A stretch of 64,000 nt of DNA from Ignavibacteriota bacterium (GTDB taxonomy: Bacteria; Bacteroidota; Ignavibacteria; UBA10030): NCBI GenBank assembly GCA_963701295.1, contig OY969585.1, positions 2,272,001 through 2,336,000 of the forward strand, read 5' to 3'. Positions 1-9,136 of this stretch are shown one piece after another (position 1 is the stretch's first letter; each line of letters opens with the position of its first letter). The translations under genes and the position numbers were made by a program. The notes below the pieces were generated by a model. It was not told where the DNA came from, ran no database searches, and worked only from the letters and a program-made list of their open reading frames with translations.

Positions 1-58
1 ACTACAACTATAAAAAGAATCCAGCAGAGAGATACGGTGAAAGAAAGGTGTTTTGATT

Positions 59-799
59 ATGAATAAAGAAGATCTTGAACAAACACTCGTGCTCATTAAA
101 CCGGATGCTCTCAAGAATTCGTTGACGGGATATGTGCTGTCTCAACTTTCGGAAGTTCACTCCGGTTTGCGTTTTGCCGGAGCAAAGATAGTCCAGGTGA
201 GCAGAATGCTTGCCGATCAACATTATGCCGAACATAGAGGCAAGGTTTTTTTCCCGGCACTTTTAGATTATATCATGGGACTCGCGCATTACCCGAACGA
301 TCCTTGGAAACGGAGAGTGATAGCATTCGTCTTCCAAGGTCCGGGGGCAATCGTGAAGATACGGGCAATTGCAGGTCCAACAAATCCTCATGAAGCCAGG
401 GAGAAAAAACCGGGATGCATCCGTGCCTTGGGCACAATTGTTCCACTCAAAGATGCTGCCGGAAATGTCATTGGCGAACGAATCGATAATCTTATTCATG
501 CATCGGCAACGGACCTTGAGGCTGAACGAGAAATCAAGCTCTGGTTTAAGCCTAGCGATATCCCCCCCTTAATGCACGCATATCCCTCTGAAGTCAACGA
601 AGAACATTATTATTTCAACGATAAAAAGCTCTTAATGACACATGAACCAGGCAGCGTTTGCTTACTTGCACCCGGCGATTATGTTTGGAAATCCGATTTA
701 GAAGCGTTGCGTTTGATCTATAAAGGACAGCCATCTCCTTGCTCTATTGAAATGGTCGCTGCCAAATATCTCATCAATGAAAAACGCGAGACTGTTTGA
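59..799 (+). CDS. ndk: Nucleoside-diphosphate kinase family protein with C-terminal extension
   Basis: EQTLVLIKPDA N-terminus, R-x-x-x-GPTNP, PGCIR and NLIHAS catalytic-His motif. At about 246 aa it is longer than a typical ~140-aa NDK. ATG at 59 preferred over TTG at 53. Confidence 0.8.
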   Translation: MNKEDLEQTLVLIKPDALKNSLTGYVLSQLSEVHSGLRFAGAKIVQVSRMLADQHYAEHRGKVFFPALLDYIMGLAHYPNDPWKRRVIAFVFQGPGAIVKIRAIAGPTNPHEAREKKPGCIRALGTIVPLKDAAGNVIGERIDNLIHASATDLEAEREIKLWFKPSDIPPLMHAYPSEVNEEHYYFNDKKLLMTHEPGSVCLLAPGDYVWKSDLEALRLIYKGQPSPCSIEMVAAKYLINEKRETV

Positions 800-1112
800 A
801 GCGAGTGTATTTTTTTATTCGAAGAGCATAATTTCTTACCCCTTGTAGTAAGGAATGTCTTTTTTGTCTGACCCTTTTCTTTCCGATATAGCCTTCTTGA
901 TAAATATGGAAACAGACAAGAATACAAGTTGTTTCGCTCTACGGAGACTCAAAAAATTATGGATTTCAAGAAACATCCAAAGAAATTTAAAATTTATCGA
1001 GTAATATGATGAATAGTGGAGCATATTAAAAAACACCATGGCACTTGTAAGTCTATGAATTGCGTCTTAGATTGATAGCAAGTATTGTTACATAAATAAT
1101 CAAAATCTTCTT

Positions 1113-2424
1113 ATGCGAAAAAGATACATTTATGCTTCAGCATTGTTCATTGTTTCAGTAATCATCGGCATAGGTTGGCACTCGACAGTCTTGAATGTTT
1201 TTAAAACAGAAGAGAAGAATCAACCTGTCAAGCTGTACTATGCTGATAATATTTCTCCATCACATCAGTTCGCCATTGACGAGTTTAATCGCCTGCACAA
1301 GGGAAAGATTGAAGTGATTCCCGTCAATCTACCGTTTTCTAAATTCAGGTACGAACGAACGGAAAGAGTTGCTTACACGTTCACTTCGCAGCAAGAGTGA
1401 AAAGCTCGATATCTTTGCTGTTGATCTGATTTGGGTGCCGCGGTTTGCGAAATGGTGTGAGCCGCTGGATTCCTATTTTTCCGCCGATGAGAAACGTCGA
1501 TTACTAAGGGATGCGATGCGGTCGTGTGTGTTCGAAGGAACATTGGTAGCGATGCCGATGTATCTCGATGTAGGTCTTATGTATTATCGTTGGGATATTA
1601 TTCGTAGGTTACCCGATGCGGCTGCGATCGAAAAAAGGCTCCAGGAATCAATTTCCTGGAAAGAAATGGCGCATCTACGCAAGCGGCTTGGGTATATGAA
1701 TAAACCCTTCTTTATATTTCCGGCAAAAGACTTCGAAGGGCTGGTCTGTAATTTCCTTGAATTGGCGGTCGGGGATGACCCGGGTTTTTTGAAATCGAAT
1801 ACCTTTCCAATGCTCTCTCCACCTGCAACGAAATCTCTTCAAATGATGGTGGACTTTGTGAAAGACGGGACGACCCCTCCAGAGGTAACAGACTTCGATG
1901 AATTCTTGTGTAATACATACATGCTTGACCACGATGCTGTTTTTGTACGGAGTTGGCCTGATTTTGTTCAAAGTTTTCGCACTTCTTACTCTGATACGGC
2001 AAAGCTCAAATACATTGCTAAAGCGCCTTTGCCCCATTTCGAAGGAAGATCGTCAACTTCTGTATTTGGGGGCTGGAATTTGATGGTGTCAAAGTCTTCA
2101 ACGAAAAAAGAAGCAGCAATTGAATTTATTCGGTTCTTTCAAAGCGAAAGAATTCAACGGTTGATTTTCGAGCGTACTGGATATTTACCTGCTATCAATT
2201 CTATCTATGAAGACAGTGTATTCCTGCACACCCACAGTGAATTGCCTTTTTTCCACAAATTACTCCATAACGGATTCCATCGTCCTGCGCTTGTCGAATA
2301 TACAAAAGTCTCAGACATTGTTTCTCATTTTACACATCTTGCAATCAAACAAGAACTTTCGGTTAATGAAGCTCTTACTCGCACAGATGAACTGATTCGT
2401 TCCAATGAAGTGCTGATCAAATGA
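1113..2424 (+). pseudogene. Extracellular (sugar) solute-binding protein, family 1, split by a +1 frameshift near 1348 (could be an assembly error)
   Basis: ORFs 1113-1400 and 1369-2424 overlap. Removing one G at 1348-1349 gives continuous ...LPFSKFSTNERKELLTRSLRSKS... SBP-type motifs DIFAVDLIWVPRFA, PMYLDVGLMYYR, GGWNLMVSK and AAIEFIRF. N-terminal hydrophobic anchor. Confidence 0.75.
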
Positions 2425-3923
2425 TGAGAGTGAACAAGAGAAATCCTCAACGATTTTGGGACAGATACCATAAATATCGGATTGAAATCCGCCATCTCAC
2501 GGTCATTGCACTGGTACTGATTGTTTTCCAGTTCATTGTTCTCTTCATGAATCAGAATTCACTTCGAAAAGTATTTGTCAAATCTCAGCAATGGTATCAG
2601 CAGGATGCCGCTGAACGTATTGCCAATTTAACCACGACTTCCATCGAAATGCTTTTAGAATCGAAAGATTTGAAGGCAAAACTTTCTGACAGCGAAGAAC
2701 GGAAAATCATTCAGGATTTTAACATTATTTTTAGCCAGCAATTGTTAGACAAGAATGTTCAAAGTGTATCTATCCTTATTCCACACGGGAAAGCAATCAT
2801 TGCAATCGACGATGGTAAGCAATTGTATGACTATTTGTTTGGAGAAACGAAAAGGATTCAAAGTTCGGATAGTGTGCATGCCGAGGCAATTCGATTGTTC
2901 CAATCGGTACAGGATACGCTCCGCAAAATAGAACAAACCTACACTGTCGTGGAGCGGGAACAGATATTTCATGTCTTTATTCCGTTCGTTCCTCGTGGAG
3001 AATATGTAGGTGCAGTCTATATGAAAATAACTCCCGATCTTATGTTTCTTACCGATGAAATGTCGAAGAACTATAGTCAGACAGCATTGGTATATTCTGC
3101 TCTCATTATTGTTGGATTACTTGCGATGTTCTATATCTCGACACGGACCCTAACTGAGCGGAATGAAGTGCAGCGGTTGTTATTTGAAGAACAGAAATTG
3201 CACTTGGCAGAACAAATCAATCATCAAAAAGAAATGCTTTTTACCAAGCGAATCTATCATACCCATCATAAGGCTGAAAAAATTGTCGGTTTTATTAAAG
3301 AAGACTTGCGAAGTCTAACGGCTGAAAACATAGGCATCATAAAGAACCGCATCGGCAAATATGCAAGCTTCATTGCCCGGGTGATCTATGATATGAAATG
3401 GTATGATCCGCCCATCCAAACAATTAGAAGCCCGCTGTTTAGAACGAACGTGAATGAGGGCATTCAATTTATTGTGGAAAACATTTTTCAGCGAGTGTCG
3501 GATAACCGACCAGCAGTGAAGTTTGAACTCCAGCTTGATCCCATGATACCTGAAGTTGCCATCAATGAATATGTTATTTGGGAAGTGCTCGAACCGATTA
3601 TCCAGAACAGTGTGGACCATGCTGGGGTAGAGAACAAAGTTGTCACCATTAAAACAGAATACGATCCTGCGCTGAAGCAATCGATTATCACGATTGCAGA
3701 TAATGGAACAGGAATTCGCTCAGATCTTTTGGAGAGTGATGGGAGTGGTATTAAGAAAATATTCCAAGAACAAGTAACCTCCGGCACCTTACCGGGTAAG
3801 GAACACTCTGGATATGGTTGTTATATTGCATATGAACTTGCGACACAGCGCTTCGGTTGGAAGATCGATGTAGAAAACCTTCCAGCCGGAGGATGTAAAT
3901 TTATCTTTATTGCACCGCATTAA
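2421..3923 (+). CDS. Membrane sensor histidine kinase-like protein (2 TM, periplasmic domain, HATPase_c)
   Basis: Two TM segments flank a periplasmic region. N-box (EPIIQNSVDH), G1 (DNGTGI) and G2-like (GYGCYIA). Overlaps the SBP stop and precedes a response regulator. Confidence 0.8.
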   Translation: MMRVNKRNPQRFWDRYHKYRIEIRHLTVIALVLIVFQFIVLFMNQNSLRKVFVKSQQWYQQDAAERIANLTTTSIEMLLESKDLKAKLSDSEERKIIQDFNIIFSQQLLDKNVQSVSILIPHGKAIIAIDDGKQLYDYLFGETKRIQSSDSVHAEAIRLFQSVQDTLRKIEQTYTVVEREQIFHVFIPFVPRGEYVGAVYMKITPDLMFLTDEMSKNYSQTALVYSALIIVGLLAMFYISTRTLTERNEVQRLLFEEQKLHLAEQINHQKEMLFTKRIYHTHHKAEKIVGFIKEDLRSLTAENIGIIKNRIGKYASFIARVIYDMKWYDPPIQTIRSPLFRTNVNEGIQFIVENIFQRVSDNRPAVKFELQLDPMIPEVAINEYVIWEVLEPIIQNSVDHAGVENKVVTIKTEYDPALKQSIITIADNGTGIRSDLLESDGSGIKKIFQEQVTSGTLPGKEHSGYGCYIAYELATQRFGWKIDVENLPAGGCKFIFIAPH

Positions 3924-3946
3924 GAAGACAAGGAAAAAGAAATATT

Positions 3947-5410
3947 ATGTCAACTGATGAACGCATACAAGTCTTACTTATTGAGGATGAAGAGTTTGAT
4001 GTTCGCCGAGTACGAAATACACTCAAACCATTCGTGCATCAAATCGAAATTCGCGATGTTGTATCGAATGGTGATTCGGCTTTAGAACTACTTGCGCAGC
4101 ACCATGAGCACTATGATGTGGTGATTATGGATCTTCAGATTGCTGGTGGTACTATGGGGGAAGCGCTGATAAGGGCAATAAAACGAATAGCGCCTTCTCA
4201 TCAAATCATCGTTATTACGAAGATGACTGTCAATATCACAGACTTTGATTTTGCGAATCGAATTCTTCAGGCAGGGGCATTTTGGTACTGTACCAAGTAT
4301 CCCAGTGATATTGAAGATTATATTTATCAACCAACCGACTTCATCCTGAGCATCTTCAACGCGCATCAAAGGAAAAGGCTTGAGAGTGAAAAGTCGCGGT
4401 CAGAAAAGAAGCTGCTGCATAATGTCGAAGGTATGCTGTCCCGTACAAAGATTCTCGGAGTTTCAGAACAAATCCAGAAGATTCGAGCACAAATCAAACA
4501 GTTAGCAATGACCGATGCGACTGTGTTGATTTCTGGTCCATCGGGTACAGGGAAAGAGCTGGTTGCGATCAATATTCATTATGAAAGTAAAAGAAAATTA
4601 GAAAATTTTATTACCATTAATTGCGGCAGCATTCCAGATGAATTGATAGAAAGTGAATTGTTCGGTTACGAGAAAGGTGCATTCACAGGGGCGAATGCAA
4701 ACAAACGAGGACTTTTTGAACAAGCCAATCATGGTACAATCTTTCTTGATGAAGTTGCAGAGCTCCCTCTCGTTGCGCAGGTTAAATTGTTGAGGGTCAT
4801 CCAGGATGGTGAGATCGAAAAGATTGGGAGAACAGGAGAGAAAGTTAAGGTGGATGTACGGATTCTTGCTGCAACGAACAAAGTGTTACAGCAAGAAATT
4901 GCTACCGGGAGGTTTCGTGAAGACCTCTTTTATCGTTTACACGTTGTCCCTCTCTATGCACCTCCTCTCAAAGAGAGACCTGAGGATATTCTGGTTCTCT
5001 GGGAACATTTCATGCGTCAAATGAGTATCGACATGATTAGACCGACTCCTACCACAGAAGAAACCGCTTTTGATGTCCTGAAGAGATATGACTGGCCGGG
5101 CAATGTCAGAGAGATTAAGAATGTCGTACAAAGACTTCTCCTTCGAGAAGAAAACATTATTACTCCGGAAATTATTAAAGAAGTATTGTCTCTTCATCCA
5201 TCATCTCATCAATATTCCGATAGTAATGCAGTGTTCTTTCAGGATTCTGAAAACGCTCCTTCGTTGCGAGAGATGGAAGGCATTTTCAGAAAAAAATATT
5301 TCACATTTATCCGCAAGCATTCTTCGTCTGATGCAGAAGCAGCCCGAAAACTCGGTCTCGCTCCCCCGAATTTTCATAGGATGTGTAAAGAACTTGGGTT
5401 GAAAAGTTGA
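3947..5410 (+). CDS. Sigma-54-dependent response regulator (REC-AAA+-HTH, NtrC family)
   Basis: Receiver (LLIEDEE...IMDL), Walker A GPSGTGKE, ESELFGYEKGAFTGA, FLDEV, FREDLFYRL, WPGNVRE and C-terminal AARKLG HTH. Confidence 0.93.
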   Translation: MSTDERIQVLLIEDEEFDVRRVRNTLKPFVHQIEIRDVVSNGDSALELLAQHHEHYDVVIMDLQIAGGTMGEALIRAIKRIAPSHQIIVITKMTVNITDFDFANRILQAGAFWYCTKYPSDIEDYIYQPTDFILSIFNAHQRKRLESEKSRSEKKLLHNVEGMLSRTKILGVSEQIQKIRAQIKQLAMTDATVLISGPSGTGKELVAINIHYESKRKLENFITINCGSIPDELIESELFGYEKGAFTGANANKRGLFEQANHGTIFLDEVAELPLVAQVKLLRVIQDGEIEKIGRTGEKVKVDVRILAATNKVLQQEIATGRFREDLFYRLHVVPLYAPPLKERPEDILVLWEHFMRQMSIDMIRPTPTTEETAFDVLKRYDWPGNVREIKNVVQRLLLREENIITPEIIKEVLSLHPSSHQYSDSNAVFFQDSENAPSLREMEGIFRKKYFTFIRKHSSSDAEAARKLGLAPPNFHRMCKELGLKS

Positions 5411-5573
5411 TACTCATGTTTTTTTACTCAAAGGTTTTTCGCTCTCCAATAATGAGTTTTCTTTTAAAGTTTCTTCTTTAGCGTTAATTATATAGTTGAT
5501 AATGCTACCATTATTAATATAATAATTCCTTTAAAATTAAATATTGACTCTAGCAGAAAATACGTGATTTTTG

Positions 5574-5590
5574 TTTGGTATAGATGTTGT
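5574..5590 (+). promoter_or_regulatory. Candidate sigma-54 (-24/-12)-like element TTTGGTATAGATGTTGT
   Basis: GG-N10-GT spacing (GT in place of canonical GC). Lies downstream of a sigma-54 activator gene. The first 13 bp recur at 5742-5754 and a 16/17 match occurs at 38839-38855. Confidence 0.4.
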
Positions 5591-5801
5591 TTGGAATTGA
5601 GGAGGTGTTTTTGGGGAAGAGGGCTGTACAAAATTTTAGCAAGGATGATAAGAGCAGTACCTGCTGTTTAAAGTAACAAGAGAGAGATTCAGTTCAGCGA
5701 TGAAATAATTTTGTCCATTGGCAATAATTGAACTTGTAAAATTTGGTATAGATGGTAAAAAGAGACTTAAACAATAAAGTATTTTTTAAGTAAAAAAAGG
5801 C

Positions 5802-5830
5802 TTGACTTTCATATAACGGTTTTCTATACT
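5802..5830 (+). promoter_or_regulatory. Sigma-70-type promoter of the TonB receptor operon
   Basis: TTGACT (5802-5807), 17 nt, TATACT (5825-5830), preceded by an A-rich UP-like tract. AAGGAG RBS before the ATG at 5923. Confidence 0.6.
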
Positions 5831-5922
5831 ACCAGCCAACGTAGTATTTATTGTATGGCGTACTGGGCACTGTTGCAATCTAGTAGAGAACAAAAAAAGA
5901 ATTTTTTATAAGGAGTAAGTCT

Positions 5923-8900
5923 ATGTCATCGGATAAATACCGAATTCTTGTTTATTTTATTTTACTATTTGCACTGACGGTAAATATTGTTTTTGCGGGG
6001 ACGACCGGAAAAATAGCCGGCAGAGTTGTAGACAAAGAAACTGGTGAACCTCTCATCGGCATTAATGTCGTTGTTAAGGGGACATCTCTGGGCGCGGCTA
6101 CAGATATTGATGGGTACTATGCAATTCTATCTGTTCCGCCTGGTATCCATACTACTATAACGAGTATGGTCGGTTATTCTACGGTCACTGTGAATGAAAT
6201 ACGCGTTCTTATAGATCAGACTGCAACTGTTAATGTTGAAATGGTATCTCAAGCAATTGAAGCAGGGGTTGTTGAAGTCGTCGCAGAAAGAAATGTTATT
6301 AAAAGGGACGTATCCACAAGTGTATCTGCAGTGGAGCCGGAAGAAATTCAATCCCTTCCTATATCCTCCATTGATCAAGTTGTGGGTTTACAAGCCGGAG
6401 TTGAGGATGGCATGGTTATTAGAGGAGGCAGTTCGGATCAATTACTTTTGCAAGTTGATGGTATTACACGGCGTGATCCGAGAAACAATAATCCCATTTC
6501 TTCAGTTGCATTAACTTCAGTTGAGGAAGTTTCAGTTGAAAAGGGAGGATTTAATGCTGAATATGGACAGGTACAATCAGGTGTTATAAATATTGTCGGA
6601 AAGGAAGGAGGTGTTGCTAAATATTCTGGTGCACTGCAAGTCAAAGTTAGCCCTCCTGCTCCTAAGAACTTTGGAATATCTGTTTACGATCCTAATTCTA
6701 TGTGGAATAGACCCTATTTAGATCCTGCCGTGTGTTGGACGGGAACAAATAACGGTAATTGGGATTATTATACACAGCGGCAATATCCTACTTTTGAAGG
6801 CTGGAATGCTGTATCCCAAAGACTTTTAGCGGATAATGATCCGACGAATGATCTTTCTCCTGCTGCATGTCAACGTGTATGGGAATGGGAACATAGAAGA
6901 AGACCAAGCACAGATCAACCCGATTATAATATTGATGCGAGTCTTGGCGGCCCTGTACCAATTATTGGTGGGGTTTTAGGCAATCTTCGGTTCTTTACAA
7001 GTTTTATTATGGATAGAGAAATGTTTCTTATTCCTCTTACCCGTGATGATTACAAAAATTATGACTGGTCGATGAAGATAAATTCAGATATTAGTAAAGA
7101 TGCTAAATTGATGCTCACTGCTTCGACCGGTGCATTGTACACCACTGGTATGAATACTGAAGAGAATTATTTAAATAACCCTACTACTTTTGGCATTGCT
7201 AATGGAAGTACACCATATAATCCTACTGGATATTTCAGTTCACCAATATCAATTGCACAGGTGCTTACAGACCAAAGGGACAGCAAAATTTATTCTGATG
7301 GATGGTACAGCGGCGTTACTGTAAATTATCTCACATTAGCCGGAAAATTTACTCAAGTTGTTAGCCCGAGCACATTCTATGAAGTTAATGTGGAACACGT
7401 TGGCAGGAAATATCAGGCAGGTCCCATAGCTGCTCGAGATACTGCAAAAATCTATGAAGTAGTCCCTGGTTATTTTGTAGATGAAGCTCCATACGGGTAT
7501 AGTGCCACTTCGGCTAATTCTCCAATTTCAGGTATGTTCCTCGGAGGTCATTCAGGTGAATTAATTGATTCCAGTGTCGTCAATTCTTATACAGCAAAAT
7601 TTGACTTAACGAGTCAAGTGAACAAATCAAATATGGTTAAGTTTGGAGTTGAATTCAATACATACGATCTGAAATTAGACTATAAAGAAGTTGTTCCTGG
7701 TTATGGTGGTCTTAATGCTGTTAATGAAGACTGGAAACCTTATGAATTTTCTTCATATGTGCAGGATAAAATAGAGATGTACGGATTTATAGCCAATGTT
7801 GGCTTGAGAATGGATGTCAGCAATCCAAATACAGAATGGGTTGCGGTTGATCCGTTTGATCAAGCTTATTATTCGAGTAGTTACAATCCCGATGCTACCT
7901 ATCCCGAACAGAAAGCCCGTGTTGATGTTTCCTTTAGCCCGCGTATCGGTATATCGCATCCTATTACAGAAAATTCAAAATTATATTTTAATTACGGGCA
8001 CTTTAAGGAATTACCTTCGTACCAGGAAATATTCAGAATTGGTCGTGGAGCTACTGGTAGTGCATCAAATATGGGTGACCCCAACTTGACTCAGGCAAAA
8101 ACAATTGCTTATGAATTAGGTTATGATCATGTTCTTTTTAATAATTACTTGTTGCAAATTCAGGCTTATTACAGAGATATTTCAAATGTTCTTGGATATA
8201 CTAATTATACAAGTGATCTCAAAGGTGTTGGTTATTATTTAGCTACGAATAACAATTACGCGGATACCCGAGGTTTTGAGGTAACAATCAGAAAATCCGA
8301 AGGTGATTGGGTAAGGGGCTTGGTGACGTATACTTATCAGGTCACTACGAATGGTGCATTTGGACAAGCTGCTGTCAACGATGATCCGGCTGTGCAAAGG
8401 CAATTAGACGAGACTACGCAAAGCTTATATCAACAAAAACCGGTTCCTCAGCCACATGCGCGAGCAAGTGTAACATTTTTAACACCTAAAGATTTTGGGC
8501 CAAATTTCGCAGGGATTAAACCTTTAGATAGCTGGTCTCTTAATGTTTTGACAGATTGGCGTGCTGGCGCGTGGATAAATTATAATCCAAATAATGCACC
8601 TGAATACCAAAATATTCCCAATGTTCAATGTTCAGATTATTTTAATATGGACCTTCGGTTAAATAAATCATTCAATTTTGGGAAATTTAATTTGATGGTT
8701 TTCATGGAGGTAAGGAATTTATTTAATATTCAAAGGTTGTCAGGAAAAGGGTTCTATGATAGTTTCGATCAGCAATTTTATTTTCAGTCGTTACATCTGC
8801 CAGGAAGTACTGCGTATGACAATATTCCTGGTAGTGATCGAGTTGGTGATTATAGAAAAGATGGTGTTGCTTTTCAACCAATAGAACAAAGTGGTAATGT

Positions 8901-9120
8901 GTATGCTGAAACAAATATTCGTCCTACTGCAATATATTATAACACACCTACTAAAGAGTATATGAGATATGCAAATGGTAGTTGGTCGCAAGTGCCGAGC
9001 GGCGAAATGAACAAGATCTTAGATGATAAAGCTTATATTGATATGCCAAATGACAGCTCAGTAAATTTTCTGGATCCGAGGCAGTTTTTCTTCGGAATAA
9101 ATTTATCATTTAATTTATAA
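5923..9120 (+). CDS. TonB-dependent outer-membrane receptor with N-terminal carboxypeptidase-regulatory-like domain (non-SusC type)
   Basis: Signal peptide, then GTTGKIAGRVVD...GEPLIG..V...GT.LGAATDIDGYY. Plug motifs IRGG and GGFNAEYG, barrel motif FSPRIGISHPITE, C-terminal PRQFFFGINLSFNL. Confidence 0.88.
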   Translation: MSSDKYRILVYFILLFALTVNIVFAGTTGKIAGRVVDKETGEPLIGINVVVKGTSLGAATDIDGYYAILSVPPGIHTTITSMVGYSTVTVNEIRVLIDQTATVNVEMVSQAIEAGVVEVVAERNVIKRDVSTSVSAVEPEEIQSLPISSIDQVVGLQAGVEDGMVIRGGSSDQLLLQVDGITRRDPRNNNPISSVALTSVEEVSVEKGGFNAEYGQVQSGVINIVGKEGGVAKYSGALQVKVSPPAPKNFGISVYDPNSMWNRPYLDPAVCWTGTNNGNWDYYTQRQYPTFEGWNAVSQRLLADNDPTNDLSPAACQRVWEWEHRRRPSTDQPDYNIDASLGGPVPIIGGVLGNLRFFTSFIMDREMFLIPLTRDDYKNYDWSMKINSDISKDAKLMLTASTGALYTTGMNTEENYLNNPTTFGIANGSTPYNPTGYFSSPISIAQVLTDQRDSKIYSDGWYSGVTVNYLTLAGKFTQVVSPSTFYEVNVEHVGRKYQAGPIAARDTAKIYEVVPGYFVDEAPYGYSATSANSPISGMFLGGHSGELIDSSVVNSYTAKFDLTSQVNKSNMVKFGVEFNTYDLKLDYKEVVPGYGGLNAVNEDWKPYEFSSYVQDKIEMYGFIANVGLRMDVSNPNTEWVAVDPFDQAYYSSSYNPDATYPEQKARVDVSFSPRIGISHPITENSKLYFNYGHFKELPSYQEIFRIGRGATGSASNMGDPNLTQAKTIAYELGYDHVLFNNYLLQIQAYYRDISNVLGYTNYTSDLKGVGYYLATNNNYADTRGFEVTIRKSEGDWVRGLVTYTYQVTTNGAFGQAAVNDDPAVQRQLDETTQSLYQQKPVPQPHARASVTFLTPKDFGPNFAGIKPLDSWSLNVLTDWRAGAWINYNPNNAPEYQNIPNVQCSDYFNMDLRLNKSFNFGKFNLMVFMEVRNLFNIQRLSGKGFYDSFDQQFYFQSLHLPGSTAYDNIPGSDRVGDYRKDGVAFQPIEQSGNVYAETNIRPTAIYYNTPTKEYMRYANGSWSQVPSGEMNKILDDKAYIDMPNDSSVNFLDPRQFFFGINLSFNL

Positions 9121-9136
9121 ATAAGGAATAACGATA

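Noticed and set aside
1039-1053. TGGCAC sigma-54 -24 box upstream of the SBP gene
   Set aside because: No TTGC-like -12 element at the required spacing (reads TGGCACTTGTAAGTC).
5864-5877. TGGGCACTGTTGCA, sigma-54-like
   Set aside because: GG to GC spacing is too short (8 or fewer instead of 10).
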